Origin: Polymyxa betae A26-41
Lineage: Eukaryota > Protista > Endomyxa: Phytomyxea
Length of the DNA: 64,000 bases
Reading direction: 5' to 3'
Assembly (NCBI GenBank): GCA_003693705.1
Contig: RBZT01000441.1
Coordinates: 62,001 to 126,000, forward strand
The notes under the pieces were generated by a model that saw nothing but the letters and a program-made list of their open reading frames with translations, searched no databases and was not told where the DNA came from. A program made the translations under genes and the position numbers. This document shows, one piece after another, positions 1-13,338 of this stretch. Position 1 is the first letter of the stretch, and each line of letters opens with the position of its first letter.

Positions 1-1
1 G

Positions 2-292
2 ACTTCAAGGATCCCTCGGTTACTGCTGGCAATACGAGACGTTCCTTCGTACGGCGCCGAACTGGGGTTGATCCTCCATCCTGATGATGATCGGGAGCGT
101 CTAGACGATGGGCAGCCGCCACACTCTTCACCCATCCATCACGACGCCGCGCCCGAATCGTCACCGATTTATCACCAGACGCCTCCATGTCTACAAATCA
201 TTCTCCAACCCGATGGACGTTCGAGATCATTCACGAGACGTTTACAGAGACCACCTTACGAATATGATTATGGCACGCGCCAACTCCTATAA
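2..292 (+). CDS. 3' part of a hypothetical protein (truncated by window start)
   Basis: Frame 2 is open from base 2 to TAA at 290-292; Pro/Asp-rich; no recognisable motif. Confidence 0.35.
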   Translation, partial: TSRIPRLLLAIRDVPSYGAELGLILHPDDDRERLDDGQPPHSSPIHHDAAPESSPIYHQTPPCLQIILQPDGRSRSFTRRLQRPPYEYDYGTRQLL

Positions 293-309
293 CGTTTTGA
301 CACTATGTT

Positions 310-867
310 TTAAATAATGAGATTTTGACGGGGAGTTTCTGAGTGGTCTTCAGGTCGAACGACCGATTTCCTCGGCCAGCAGCAAATCCACACGACTTCT
401 TTTCGATGCGATTGTTCTTTGATTGCAGGAAGAATTTTGACGCCTTCGCGCAATGTCCTCCTGCTTCGATGTCGCCGTCTGCTATTTGATCGTTTCAACG
501 AAGAGTTTCTAGAAAACGCCCCAAACGAAGAGCCTCTTGGAGACGCCCCAACCGAACGAGATGAATGCGATCTCGATAGCCGAGAACGCCTTTTCGGCGG
601 GCGAATAGGTTTCGTTTCATTGTCGGTCGTCGATAAAGGTGCAGATTTCACTCGAAGTAATTTTACCAGGGCTGTGTTGTTTGGCGCTGGGCTCTCGGCG
701 CTGTTCTCGCCAGCTTCTTTCAGGATGATTGCGTCTAGTTTTGGTTCATTGTTGGTCGCAGCTGCGGGCACGGATTCGGCGACATTCTTGCATTTGTTAC
801 GAAACCATCGGAACAGCATCAAACATAGATGGATGGATCCGTTGAAATAGCAATCGAATAGCAGCAC
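310..867 (-). CDS. Hypothetical Arg/Ser-rich basic protein
   Basis: 185-aa ORF with low-complexity RS-rich core; true start uncertain. Confidence 0.45.
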   Translation of the reverse strand: MLLFDCYFNGSIHLCLMLFRWFRNKCKNVAESVPAAATNNEPKLDAIILKEAGENSAESPAPNNTALVKLLRVKSAPLSTTDNETKPIRPPKRRSRLSRSHSSRSVGASPRGSSFGAFSRNSSLKRSNSRRRHRSRRTLREGVKILPAIKEQSHRKEVVWICCWPRKSVVRPEDHSETPRQNLII

Positions 868-1364
868 CCACGTTTGAAGCTGACGTACTTGATCGGATTG
901 ATTTTAAAGATATTATGGGTCCATAGACTATGGTTTCGCTTAAGATCATTACTATATAGTAGACAACGTAACGGTACTAATATTCATTTGAGTCAATCAC
1001 ATTGTGGCGTTCGAGATTGCTTGCAACCGAACAAGCTGACGATCATTGTTAACTTAAGCAGTTGTTTACTGAGCAAAACGATTTTCATTTCTGAACAACT
1101 GGAACGTTATACATAACGAAACAATAAATGGAAAGAATAGACTTGCAATCCAAGTTGAAACCAATCGCACGCTTCGATCTAGCCCAAACACCGTCCATCT
1201 CAATCTGTTTCTACGAGATGAAAGTGACACGACTCCGAAAGGGGAGAGACGTGTTTCCTTGTTAGTAGGGAGGAGGCCGCTCTACTGCCCTGTTATGTCA
1301 CGCATCAATATCTCTTTAAAAACTTCAGTCTTGTCGTTGTTTTCATTTTGTCGTCGTCCTACTA

Positions 1365-2258
1365 ATGGCGCTGTCTGTCGATCTTTCCTTTCTTCAACGG
1401 GATATTTACCGAACAGGACCGCTGGTTGAGGCGTCAGAACTTCCTATGCCGGCCCTGTTTCCACTCCACCCTCCGAAAGCGATTCTGAAAATGACCGAAG
1501 AAGCGAAAGCGAAGGAATCGAAATGTACCGGTGCTGAAGACATGTTAACCGACAAAAATATTATTGGACGCTCACTATCTCAGTACTCTAACCCGATTGC
1601 TCCTGATATCAAATATGCCCACGGAACTACGACGCTTGGATTCGTTTTCAATGGTGGTGTTCTACTTGCTGTCGATTCACGAGCTTCTATGGGGTCATAT
1701 ATCGGCTCTGGAACCGTGAAGAAAGTCATCGAAGTCAATGATCGCCTTTTAGGAACAATGGCTGGTGGTGCTGCTGATTGTTCTTATTGGGAACGCAAGC
1801 TCACGGTTGAATGCCGCCTGTTCCAGCTACGAAACGGCGCCAACATCTCTGTTGCTGCGGCATCGAAGATTCTGGCCAACATCTTCTACTCGTACCGTGG
1901 ACGTGGACTGTCTTGTGGAACTATGATTGCTGGATGGGATCAACGTGGCCCACAATTATATTATGTTGATGATGAAGGAATGCGATTAAAGGGTCAGAAG
2001 TTCTCAGTCGGCAGTGGTAGCACCTACGCGTATGGTGTCCTCGATACACATTACCGTCCAGATTTAAGTCGTGAAGATGCCATTGAGCTCGGGAAGCGTG
2101 CGATCTATCACGCCACGCATCGTGACGCTTATTCGGGTGGAACCATCAATGCTTATCTAATTGAAGAAAAGGGATGGACCAAGGTGTTCTCTGATGACAT
2201 GAACACTCTGCACTATGGCCAGTACGCCGCTGAGCGCAAGTCTAAAGGACTGGAATGA
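1365..2258 (+). CDS. PSMB5: 20S proteasome subunit beta 5 (chymotrypsin-like), intronless
   Basis: Propeptide then HG|[54 protein letters not shown]. Confidence 0.97.
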   Translation: MALSVDLSFLQRDIYRTGPLVEASELPMPALFPLHPPKAILKMTEEAKAKESKCTGAEDMLTDKNIIGRSLSQYSNPIAPDIKYAHGTTTLGFVFNGGVLLAVDSRASMGSYIGSGTVKKVIEVNDRLLGTMAGGAADCSYWERKLTVECRLFQLRNGANISVAAASKILANIFYSYRGRGLSCGTMIAGWDQRGPQLYYVDDEGMRLKGQKFSVGSGSTYAYGVLDTHYRPDLSREDAIELGKRAIYHATHRDAYSGGTINAYLIEEKGWTKVFSDDMNTLHYGQYAAERKSKGLE

Positions 2259-2361
2259 GTTCTTGCTTAAATAAAATGAGCATGGTCACCCTTCGGATTC
2301 CACTCGTCGCTTATCTTGTGACTGTCAGAAGTTATCATCTCAGGATTCAGCTGTGAGTCGA

Positions 2362-2954
2362 ATGGTCAATGTCTATGGCGTGAAGGTCGGTCCAATAGCG
2401 CGTTTGCTTGGAGATATCAATCAAGCAATGTAATAGAGTTCCGTCTTTTACGGCCTTCTGATTTTCGATGCCGTTTTGAATGCATTGATTGGTGTGACAT
2501 CAGATGGAGAAAGCATGGTTATATCTATGTATTCATCACAATCTGTCTGTTTATGGAACTAAACTATGATTAGACTGCAACCGGTCTTGCTCCTGATTGG
2601 TTTGTTTATCATTTTCCTGTTGATGTGGGACACCTTCTTGTTCAAATATGGGCTTCTTGGCGTCCTGCTTTCCGAACTCAGGAACTACTTCTTCGTCTTA
2701 CCGGCGTACTGTGCCCTCACCATTGCACTTCGAATCGAGATTATCGCAGCCGTAACTGGCAATGCTGCTGATGCCTGGAGCTCTAATTCCTTTCCGACGC
2801 TCTATTATATGCACAACTGTCGTATGTATTACTCGAAAATTTTTGCTCTCATGTAATTGACTTCGTAACAGTATCCATTCTCTACTATCTTGTGGCCATT
2901 CAAGCCACATTTCTGTTATTTGACGAGAAATTGTATAAAACACCGACTGGGTAG
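2362..2954 (+). CDS. TMEM138: TMEM138-like ciliary membrane protein (multi-exon)
   Basis: Spliced product has hydrophobic helices and IFLLMWDTFLFKYGLLGVLL, resembling TMEM138 IFLMFFNTFVFQAGLVNLL; C-terminal LLFDEKLYK; short GT-AG introns. Confidence 0.75.
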
Positions 2955-3104
2955 AGTCATAATCTTACAAAAAAAAGCCAAACGTCCTTCCCTCCGACAG
3001 CCGAACAGCACTTGAAATCAGTGTAATTGATGCTTCACAACGGCCAATCTTGTGATTAGACATTGTTTATCATAATTCAAATTAAAGACAATAACTGGTC
3101 ACAT

Positions 3105-4704
3105 TCAGCATTGTTTTGATTGTGAGCTGCAAACAATCATATCATGACGCCCAGGACCAACACCAATATAGGAAATGGGGACACCTAATAATTCCTCAAT
3201 CCGGGACAGATATCTTTGGGCCGCTTCAGGAAGGCTAGACTTGGTTCTGCAAGATGATATATCTTCGCTCCATCCTGGAAGGGTCTCGTAGTGGACCCTG
3301 ACTTTCCCGAGCTCCTCAATCGTACTGCAAGAACGTAAATAGAATGTAGAGGCATCTCTTATGGAAAAGTGTACCTAGGCATATAGCCGTCTAGTAATTC
3401 TTTGCGATCAATGAGATATTGGACGCCAATGAGAAGTTCAGTGATTCCTGTTAGAACATCCAGCTTGGTGACGTTCAGATCATCATATCCATTCAGACAT
3501 TGGGAATACTTCAACAATGGAATATCCAGCCAGCCACATCGTCGTGGTCGTCCTGTCGTCGTTCCAAATTCATGCCCGGCCTGCAGCATTGTTGGCTTCA
3601 GCTCAAAAGCAACATCTGATTAGCTCACACGACGAAGAGTTTCCCCAGTTTCATCATTTAATTCTGTGGGGAAAGGGCCGGATCCGACTCGTGTCGTGTA
3701 CGCCTTCACGACTCCAATCGTGCGTTGGACGGCACGAGGTGGCACCCCTAAGCCGACACAAACACCACCAGATGTAGTCGTACTACTCGTCACGAACGGA
3801 TACGTTCTACGACATTCGTAAGAACGACAATCGGATTGGTGATCCTCCAACTTACCCAAAATCAAGATCCAGCAAAGCTGCGTTAGCGCCTATGACGTTG
3901 ACATCAATGTCGGCATAAAACAGGGGGAAAAAAACCGACCTTCAGCTAGAATACGACGATTCTCTCGCAGCATCGATGACATAAGAAGAACAGTATCTGT
4001 AATGTATGGGGATAGTACATTCCGATAAGTCTGAAACCGTTTTAGCTCTTCCTCAGCTGCATCATGATAGTTGATATGATAAGTCTTCTGAACAGATTCG
4101 ACCAAACTTCGGTATTTGAGGGCGAAACTGGCCCAGTCCCCTACAAGATCACCTAATCGAAGATTGTCCCGAGAAGCCTTGATCGAATAGCAAGGACCAA
4201 TTCCTAACAAAATCCACAATTCACAACGTGTATAAAATGCACTCTGCACGAACCTCTTTTTGTGGTTCCGATCCCATTGGCACCACGACTCTTCTCCTGT
4301 GATCCATCGATGATCTGCGCTGATGGTTAAGACATTTGGCAGATAGTAAACCAATGATATCAATCGACCTGGTGGAAGTCAAAGAGAATATGAGCTCGAG
4401 CACTGATTCGAATTCTCTCAGGGCTGACATCAGCACCCCGATCGGAGATCATCTTCATTTCCTCCAATAGAGATGGAATATGGATGACAGTCCCATTCCC
4501 TATTACATTCACTTTGTTTGGATACAGAACGCCACAGGGAAGCAAATGCAGGGCGTATTTCACTCCATCGACCACGATCGTATGGCCTGCATTAGCGCCA
4601 CCGTTGAAGCGAGCAACGCCATCGAATTTGTCGGCCAACAAATCGACTAATTTGCCTTTGCCTTCGTCGCCCCATTGAGCACCCAGGACGGCACATATCG
4701 TCAT
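3105..4704 (-). CDS. ADSS: Adenylosuccinate synthetase (multi-exon)
   Basis: [77 protein letters not shown] across exons. Confidence 0.97.
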
Positions 4705-4824
4705 TCTAGGCAGATCCAATCAAGACTGAGCAGAGAGACAGACCCCCTTAAGAGTAAAGTGATATTATAGTGCGGTATAGCAATGGGCTCTGCGCTATAC
4801 GATCTCCTCTCACTCATTGATTCT

Positions 4825-4964
4825 GGGCTTTCCATTGCCAACACAGTATCAGAGACGCTTCCATTGCCAGCAAAGTATTAGAGACAATCGGGCTTCCATT
4901 GCCAGCACAGTATCAGAGGTAATCGGGCTTTCCAGTGTTAACAACAGTATAAGAGAATTTCGGG
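4825..4964. repeat. Degenerate minisatellite, 4 units of about 30-34 bp
   Basis: Unit core (gggc)ttccattgccarcacagtatcagag repeated four times. Confidence 0.85.
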
Positions 4965-5366
4965 TATTGTATTAGTCTTATACAGGTATCTGATGCCGAC
5001 TCTGAGCAGTTGATATATTTTATAGCAGAAGAAATAGATTAATTGAGGTCCTTCAACGGGTCGGGCCTTTTATAGCAAAGTTGCGCTACTTCAACAGCTT
5101 TCCATCTGATCATTAATCATTGCAAGCGCTCTGGATTTCATGTCTGGAGACACTCCTGGTCATCGGCAGCGGTCTTCAATCAAAATATCGCCTGGATAGG
5201 AGCATTGTGAAGAGCTTCGGTCGTGGTTGGCTCTCCTGGGGAATTATGCTGGGCGAGTACAACTTCGTTCTAGAACACACGAGCAGGCAGGCGGTCATTG
5301 GTCTGGTCTGAATATCGGCAACACTTGCTCTTGAACCTTTGATATCCATATATTAGAAGCTGAACA

Positions 5367-6465
5367 ATGTCAAGAACATCGTCGGATGAATCTTCCGGGC
5401 CGTTAATCCCCATTCAGATCTGTTCTGATTTACATTTGGAAGCCTGGGCTGGGACCAGTTGGCGAAGGACAGAAGTCTGGAAATCGCTGATAGTCCCATC
5501 AGCGCCGTATTTGGCTCTAGTTGGCGATATCTCTGTCCCGGGCAGCTTTACGAATCGTGATGCCGCCGGCCCTGAGAACTTCGCCGAGTTTCTACGTTGG
5601 CTGTCGCAGCGATTCGTTCGCGTTTTCGTCGTCCTGGGCAACCACGAGTTCTTCACATTATCCAAACGATATGATGGCGAACCTGGCACCACGGTGAACT
5701 CCATCGTCGAGCAGGTTAACGATCTCTGCCAATCCCTGCCTGGCGTTGAGTTATTGCATCGTCGAAGTGTCGTGATCGAAGACGACATTCGTGTGATCGG
5801 AGCCACGTTATGGTCCGATATAGATTTAAAACGTGATTCTCTGGTGTCGTTGGTGGAGAATAGTATCAGCGATTATCATCGGATTATGGTCGACTGTCGA
5901 TCATCTGGGTCACAGCGCCTTCTGACGGTCCAAGATACTGTCGAATGGCATCATCTGGATCGCGCCTTTATCAAAGAAGAGATTCGGCAGGCACAAATCC
6001 TTGGTCAGCGCTGTCTGATTCTCACACGTATCGAGATAGCCTGTTGATTTGATCAGACTTGTTTTGATGTATTGTTAGACCATTCTCCAGCCGTCTCTGA
6101 GACATGTAAACCCGAATATTCGGATTCAGTTCTGAATTGGTATTCGAAATCGGCCTCTCATGGAAACCGTTCTGATTCGGCATTAGCGCGTTCGCAACCG
6201 ACCTGGTTGATGATCTGTTGAGAATGAGAAGCGTTCATACATGGGTGTATGGTCATACACATTGGAATGCAAGGTTGCGGGTGAGAGATACGAATTTGGT
6301 ATCAAACCAGGTAAAGAATCACTTAGAGGAAAGATGTTTGGCAGTCGTCAATGTATGATTAGTTGGGTTATAAGAAGGAGAATTCTATGTTCGATTGTGA
6401 AAGTTGTGGCATCCCGTACGACCCCGAATTTACAGTCTACATCTGACGCCACCAGATTGCAATGA
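5367..6465 (+). CDS. Calcineurin-like metallophosphoesterase (multi-exon)
   Basis: SDLHLE, LVGDI, VLGNHEF, GATLWS, and later exon WVYGHTH. Confidence 0.9.
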
Positions 6466-6533
6466 CTCTCTCTCTATTCAATCTAGAACAAGATAAACGT
6501 GGTTTAGTTATAATTAAAAGACAGATGAAAGAT

Positions 6534-8150
6534 TTAGACGATTGGTTGGATAAATGCAGGGAACTGGCTACGTACAGCATTGGCTAATTTAACAAAGAGA
6601 CGAGGGTGATTGGTTTGCAGCGCTTGCGGCTCATCGGCCCATAGAACCAGAAAAGTTGCCACACCCGATGTTAACACAGACATCATAATCGAGACGATAC
6701 CGCTGCCGATAACAAAGCATGAGATACCGATAACAGGGGCCATTCCAGGCTATCAACCAGCATAAATACACAATCGAGATCATCAGGAGATGACTTACAT
6801 CGGGATCATCTATAATGAATAACGACGCAATCGCTGCAGTTATACCAGCAACCGAACCGCCGAGAATTGCTCCAGAAATGAGCGCGAATCCAGAAAGCTC
6901 GTCAGATATCAACACATCGACTCCCTTCGATTTGAACATTTCAAAAGTATTCCGAGCAGCAGTCATAAAGCTCTCGCCATAAACAGCAACCTATAAGAAT
7001 GTCATCACAGACGTAATCGCCTTCCATGGTTACTTACTCGCGTGAAGGCGAACTTTGAGATATAGACGGTTAAGGCCTCAATACAGCCCAGTATACAGTC
7101 GAGGCAGGCATTGGCAAGATTATCGTTATTACGATCGCGCTGGCTTTGGAACAAAGTTCGTAATGCTGTAATTGCAATTAGCGAGGGCGATGGCGAACCT
7201 CAGTGAATAGTACTTTCAATTATAGCCACTAACAGACTTCCTAAGCATACAGAGCCAAATGAGGTTGTGAAGGTTCTCTTAGCAGATTTAAAAGTTGGGT
7301 TTCGAGACACACCGAAAAAGTAATAGGTCCCAAACACCCCTTCGGGCATTCTGTCAATGATCCAGGAAAAGATACAGATTCATTTGTACCTGATGCGACA
7401 GTATGGATGGAATTTCGCAAGACTTCTAATGTCCAGAAGAAGGACAGGATTAGGAAGAACGAATAGAGGCCCACAAGGTTATTTGGTTGGGCTTTGGAGT
7501 CGAGCGATACAACGGCCAGCATAGCTTCAAGCAGATATTAGACGCTCCTTGGCGGCTGAAACGGCACGCTTACTGGTTGTCCAGACTCCTACCCAAAGGA
7601 CAGAAACAATCTGACACAATAAAGACGCCCAAATCATGGCCGGGTTCTGATTGATAGCAGAAACCGAGAGCTCCAGCAGCACAGAGACGAACTTGGTCCT
7701 ATCACGAACCAAGTAATACCACAGCCCAATAAAGCCAGCTGACACGAACAGGACCAAAGCTAATGCTGGGATACCGCTCATCAAGGCGAAGAACCCCGTG
7801 ATTGCCTGCAAGCCGATATTCGTCATGACCGACAAATGAATAATCGATTCGGAATGGGATTGCAGGAACTTCATCCATGCCAGACCGAACACGATGGCGG
7901 CTACGATGCCGATACCAATCGTTATCAAAAGCGGCCAATGAAAGTCGACAACGGCTGGATCGGTATCACTGTTCCCGACCTGTGTATGGATGTCGTATCC
8001 ATAGACAATGGCAAAGACGGCGACTGCGAGAAACTGGGCAGTGAACAACACGGCGAAAATCGGATCGCGATACGGGACCCGCGCCTCGTAATTGCAATGG
8101 AGGTCGTCCTGCAACGCATTGTAATGGGTCGTTGACGACGCCTGAAACAT
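6534..8150 (-). CDS. Choline transporter-like (CTL/SLC44/Pns1) membrane protein (multi-exon)
   Basis: YRDPIFAVLF, many TM helices, TTSFGSVCLGSLLVAII, VAVYGESFMTAARNTF. Confidence 0.88.
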
Positions 8151-8582
8151 CTCTTCAATGTATTTTGAACTAAATCGCGATGTGAACGGTCGCAATGTGA
8201 AAAAACTGCGCCGTGTTCGCTAAGTTGAGAAGAAGTGCGTGATGTTCTATGTGCTGAGAGAGTGAGAGAGAGAGACAGTCATCAGTCATCACTCATCCAG
8301 CAAGCTCTATCAGTGCGCGACGTTCTATATTGACTCCAACATGCTCTATCAGATAGAGCATATTGAATAACTGTCATATATACAACATGATACATGCAGA
8401 GGTGCCTACTACTATACTACTCATCTGTGGGGAGATTCATGGAGAAGGAAATCTTCGACATCGTTCGTGTTTGTAATCGATGCTCCGGATAGATGCAACA
8501 GTATTAAGTTGGACTAATTGATAGCGATAAGTGGTTTGGATGAACTCTGCACGGGTATGATGGGTCCTTCTTCCTGTTCGGC

Positions 8583-8606
8583 TAGGGGTTAACCCTAAAA
8601 CCCTAA
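8583..8606. repeat. Interstitial telomere-like motif
   Basis: TAGGGGTTAACCCTAAAACCCTAAC: CCCTAAAA/CCCTAA units preceded by an inverted TAGGGG. Confidence 0.5.
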
Positions 8607-8790
8607 CTGGTTCATGTGGATCGCGAAGATGCACGACGCCTCTCAATGCTGGTGCCATTCAACCGCATTGTACCAACCATATGGACGATCGGTCTACGAT
8701 GGGGCCTCGTCAACATTGCGACCGCCAAAAATCCTTTCAAAATCGTTCACCGCATTGAATTGAAAGACCGTCCCGAGAATCACGTCCCAA

Positions 8791-10970
8791 TCACGGCGCC
8801 TTTCTCATTGCTCTCATGGCTATCGCTGCTTGAAGAGCAGATGGGTTCGCGAAGTCTATCTCGATGGAATCTACTTGTTGAATTTTAGTCGATGTTCGAT
8901 CAAAGATTATCAAAGATGTCCCAAAACAAGTTATGATCGTCCGGAATCTCTATCAATGTCGTGTTAGTTTGCTTTCGCAATAATACTCGCTCAGCGAATT
9001 CTTTGAATTCTTTACATTGGTGGAACAGCGGAATAACCCAACGAGGAACTCCCTTACTAAGCCTATCTCGGTTTCGGCCAACATTTGTTTCAGCGCGAAA
9101 TCGCGGCGAACGATCTGCAACAAGAATGTCTCAGGTCAAAGGCGATATCGTGTATACTTGTTAGAGCGATCAGCAGCTGGAACCACCTTCCATGAAGGCG
9201 CCTCTCGAATCGAGGCTAACGGGCGCAGAGGTTTCCTCATGGCGTGCTTTGGGCGTCGCTCAGCCAGCGACGCCAGCACGCTGGCGACTTGGTGCGACGC
9301 CACGTTCGGCGTCAGGGCGTCTGTATCCCAGACGACGTTGGTTTGTCGGTCCAGTCCGTTCATCGTAGCCGGCTCCATCTGCAGCTCCTGAATTCGTTCT
9401 TGTAGTAGACGAGCATAGAGCTCTTTCTTCAACCTTCTATAGATGGACCCGGTCGGTTCAAGTCCTGCATATCTCACCTGATCTCGTCGACGATCGCCAT
9501 CATCATCGCTGGTCTTAGACGCTGCATTGCCTTTGTGAGATGCGCTGTGATTCGAAGGTTGAAGTCGATCGCGCTGCTCTTCGATCTCGGAAACGGCGTC
9601 GCTGTTCGGAATAAGCGCCGCCGCTGTCAACGTCTTCTGGCTGCCGTTCTTTCTGTTGGGTTTTGGGTGTTCGGGGCCTTTGGGGATATCGGGCGTGATC
9701 GCCACGACATGGTCGGGATCGTCATCGTCCAGATCCTGCTTGAACGCATGCAGACGCGCATCGACATCGACAATCAGGCTGGTCTTTCTTCTGGGCCGGA
9801 TCGTGGCAGCGATCGACTTCCCTTCGATTCCATGCACAGCGAGCACCGAGCTGAGATCGGCGAACATCGAATCGTGCAGGAAGGGCTTCAATTGCGATAG
9901 GAGACGTGCCGGGTCGCCGATTGCAGCTAAGACGTCCGGATTTGAGGCTATCAAGCTGGCGAGCTCTTCGGGCGTGATCAATCCATTCTCCAGCATATAG
10001 AGAATATCATTAGCTGATAGCTGGCCTGATTTCAGCAGATCTGCCACCTTCGCTTTCCGGTCGTCGCTGCTGATTGCTTTCAGATCGACCAGAAATTGCT
10101 GTGTGAATTTCGGTTCGATCCAGCGTGGAACATCGTCGACGATGGCGCCCGAATGTGATGCGATGAGATCGTCGACTCGAACCGATCCGGGGACTTGTTG
10201 TGTCCAATCTCCATCTGGGCCTTGCTCCATCCATGCGACATCATTGAGCAGGCGAAGCTGCATTAGACGAGAGGCAGCATCGGGTGACCCTCCGGATAAC
10301 ATCTGCAGCAACAGATCCTGGATGGAGACGTTCGCGTCGATTCCTGGTCGCAGTTCGCTGATTCGTAGAAAGAGCTGGATGAGGAAATCTGCAGCATGAT
10401 GAGAATGGCATCTGAGCTTGGTGAGACGAACCTACCGACATAATGATGGAGATCGATCTGTAATGTCCAGTGATCCACGACTTCGAACAACGCTTGACGA
10501 AACATGTCCTTGGTCATATTCGGGGCCTGGCCCAGATCTTTCAATGCATCGTGCATACTAAGAGTACGCGCATGATGAACGTGGAATTCGCGATGTAGCG
10601 CCTTGGTAAGACGTAGATGTAGGGCCATGTATTGCTGGCGTGTGATACAGGCAGAAGGACCACGAACAACATTCCAGAAGAGATCGATACAGGCGAGAAT
10701 CGTCGAATGAGAGGAGAGACGTTGTCGACGCTCCAGGGCGTCTTTGGTGTACATTGCCGGATCGCCCTGCAATCGATACGAGATCTGGGCGACGTTCTCG
10801 TGCAGTTCATGGGGCAAAGGCGGCGGTCGTCGTTGCCCGATCTGTTCCAGCGGCAGGAACTGGAAGTGATCCGCTACGACGGCGGTCGGTGCCAATGCAG
10901 TCGATGACGAAGCATCAGGCAGGTCTGATTCTGGAGCCGCTTCGATAGAGATTCCTCGTACTTCATCCAT
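8791..10970 (-). CDS. Large hypothetical protein with N-terminal EF-hand-like helical domain (multi-exon)
   Basis: ORFs 10263-10970 and 9136-10311 plus 3' exons; a 37-nt GT..CTAAC..TAG intron near 8950-8990 gives ..AAIAMRAMRKAP*; motif ITRQQYMALHLRLTKAL..FRQALFEVVDHWT. Confidence 0.65.
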
Positions 10971-11769
10971 ATATCAATAGATTGGTACCCTAGAAGAATC
11001 TCCTCCAATAATGACAAATCTCCTTGCCTGAACGTCTATGATCTCCAAAGGCGCGGATCTTCCCGTTGTGACCCAGCACTCGGCAATTCATCTTTCATCA
11101 ATGCAGACTGACTACTGAGGCGATGGTCTCAAAAGCCACAAGCGCCTGACTTGCTTCAGCCATCTCGCAGCTGACCGTTTGAAACAGCTTACCAGATGAT
11201 GAACATTATCAGACAAAATCGTCGACCTGATCGTTGAAATTGGCCCACATCAGCCTTCGTTATTCGCCATTTTCCGTTCAACATGACAATGCATTCTGTC
11301 GAGTTAAAGTTTAATTTCTCCCAGTCAATGTTGCTACATTGGCGAAAGAAGCAGACTTCGAATTTTTTGAGTGGGAGATTGCTTCTTCAAAAGCAAGACG
11401 TAAAGAATCGGGCCTGATCCCGATAGCAGCGATACCCGCTCTGCGCATCATGTCGTTTAATGTTGGAGAGCGCCAACAGGGTCAAGTCGATGAACCTTGG
11501 AGGACCGAGTTTCTATCAGGACGTTCCTAAGAACTATCTCATTGATTTCGGCAAAATTTGAATACCTCATCGTAACCCAAAACACAGCTCCAAAACTTCC
11601 GTCGATTTGGTATTATCACCTGTTGTAACGCGTCGTTAAAATAATCAACTGCAATAGAGAATTTCCGCGCAGTTTTTCAATACCTTATTTATTGTCACTG
11701 CGCATTTTTGAAAAACAGGCAACCCGGGTATCCGCTGAAGCAGCAGTTAAACGCCGCCTCATTACGATC

Positions 11770-12650
11770 ATGTTCTCATTGCGAAATCTCTCGTCATTGT
11801 TGTGGCCGGTCGTGATAAGATCACAGCCATATCGCCATATCGGATCGGCACGATGGTTAGCGACGGGTATCCCGCATGATCGGCTGCATCGTAGACGCCG
11901 TCAGATGGAGTGGCGAATGTCAAAGATGAAGCCGAATGATATTCGGGCGATTCTGAGCGAATACGACGCCAGCAGTTTGCCAGATCTAAAACCTGCACAT
12001 TTTGCTCAAATCTCGGCACTACTGTCTCGTCATCCTTTGGTTTCCCAGATCTTGAAAGGTTATCAGATGCCAACCGGTAAAGTGCTTCCATCACGTTTTC
12101 CAATTTCTTACCAATTCACGCTTTAAATTAGCGATTCGCGTGGTAAAGCATCCAGCATTCGATACAGCCTGTTTTGCTGCTGTTCTACCTGATGGCACAT
12201 CGTCGATCTTCTCTTATCAACTCTGTATTCGAGGATCTACTACGACATCGTTATGGCGTATCTTCTCGGACGCTTGCCGTCAAACTTTATTTGAGGCCGG
12301 CCTGATCGATCAGGTGAAAGCTGTGACGAGGGATTTTGGTGTCGACCACCCAGGCAAGCAAATCGCCGTCCAGTACAATCAGATATTTCAAGACTTCAGC
12401 CTGGAACAAGGCCTTGTTCTTGAACGCCCCGAACAGCTATTGGTACTACAACGCATTTGAATTCGAAAACACTGTTTGACTAAGGCGGTTGTAGAGATTG
12501 GTCGATCGTGACGATATGATGCGATGGCGTCTGGTCGATGGTCCAATTCGATCCGAACTTATCAAATACTTCGGAAAGGTGCTCCTATCCCCAGCTCAGC
12601 ATATATTCCAGATTGTCCCATGCAAAGACCAGATCATCGATGAACCATAA
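11770..12650 (+). CDS. DCL/DUF3223-family protein with mitochondrial-type presequence (multi-exon)
   Basis: LLSRHP..IRVVKHPAFDTACFAAVLPDGTSSIFSYQLCI matches the DCL pattern HP..HP.F...C....DG...FSY.KCI; Arg/Ser/Leu-rich, acid-free N-terminus. Confidence 0.7.
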
Positions 12651-12691
12651 TCAAACCCAAACTCACCTATCATTTACGTATATACATATTT

Positions 12692-13338
12692 TTATTTAGA
12701 CTTCCTTAGTTGTTCGGCCAGCCACTTCAATCCCTCAGAGACGCCTTCGCCCGTCTTGGCCGACGACCGACAAATCTGCCAGGGTCGATCACGAAGCTGT
12801 GTCAGTCCAAGAGCGCTGGACAGTTCAGCGGCCGATGTAGCCCCGGGCATGTCCTGTTTATTGGCGAAGACCAGGACCATGACGCCTTTCAGCTCCTCTT
12901 CTTCAAGCAGGGACATTAACTCTTCGCGAGCCAACTGAAATCGATCACGATCAAGGCTGTCCACAACGTAGATAATAGCATCCGTATTCTTAACATAGAG
13001 TCTCCTAGATATCATAAGCGATACTAGCAGGAGAAGATTGCTTTTACCAATATCGTCTAATTCCAGTTTGTCCACCTAGATCCCACATTGCAATTTGTAT
13101 GTTATCTATTACACAATGCTCCATATTGAATCTTATCAGCATTTGTCAGCATAATATTCTCATCGAATGATATCTGGGAGTACCCAACTGTAGGAATTGT
13201 CGATTGGACGACCGTATCAGGCTTATGGATTTTATGCAACAGGGTTGTCTTGCCAGCATTGTCTAGACCGAGAATCAAAATTCGACGCTCGCGCCCACCG
13301 AACAGAGAAGCAAATAACGTCGAGAAGAAAAGGCCCAT
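12692..13338 (-). CDS. ARL1: ARF-family small GTPase, ARL1-like (multi-exon)
   Basis: MGLFFSTLF myristoylation start, [34 protein letters not shown]. Confidence 0.85.

Noticed and set aside
4825-4964. CRISPR array
   Set aside because: Units are adjacent without unique spacers, the context is eukaryotic, and no cas genes are present
11000-11600. Possible small minus-strand gene or extra 5' exons
   Set aside because: Coding-like stretch, but no consistent splice model
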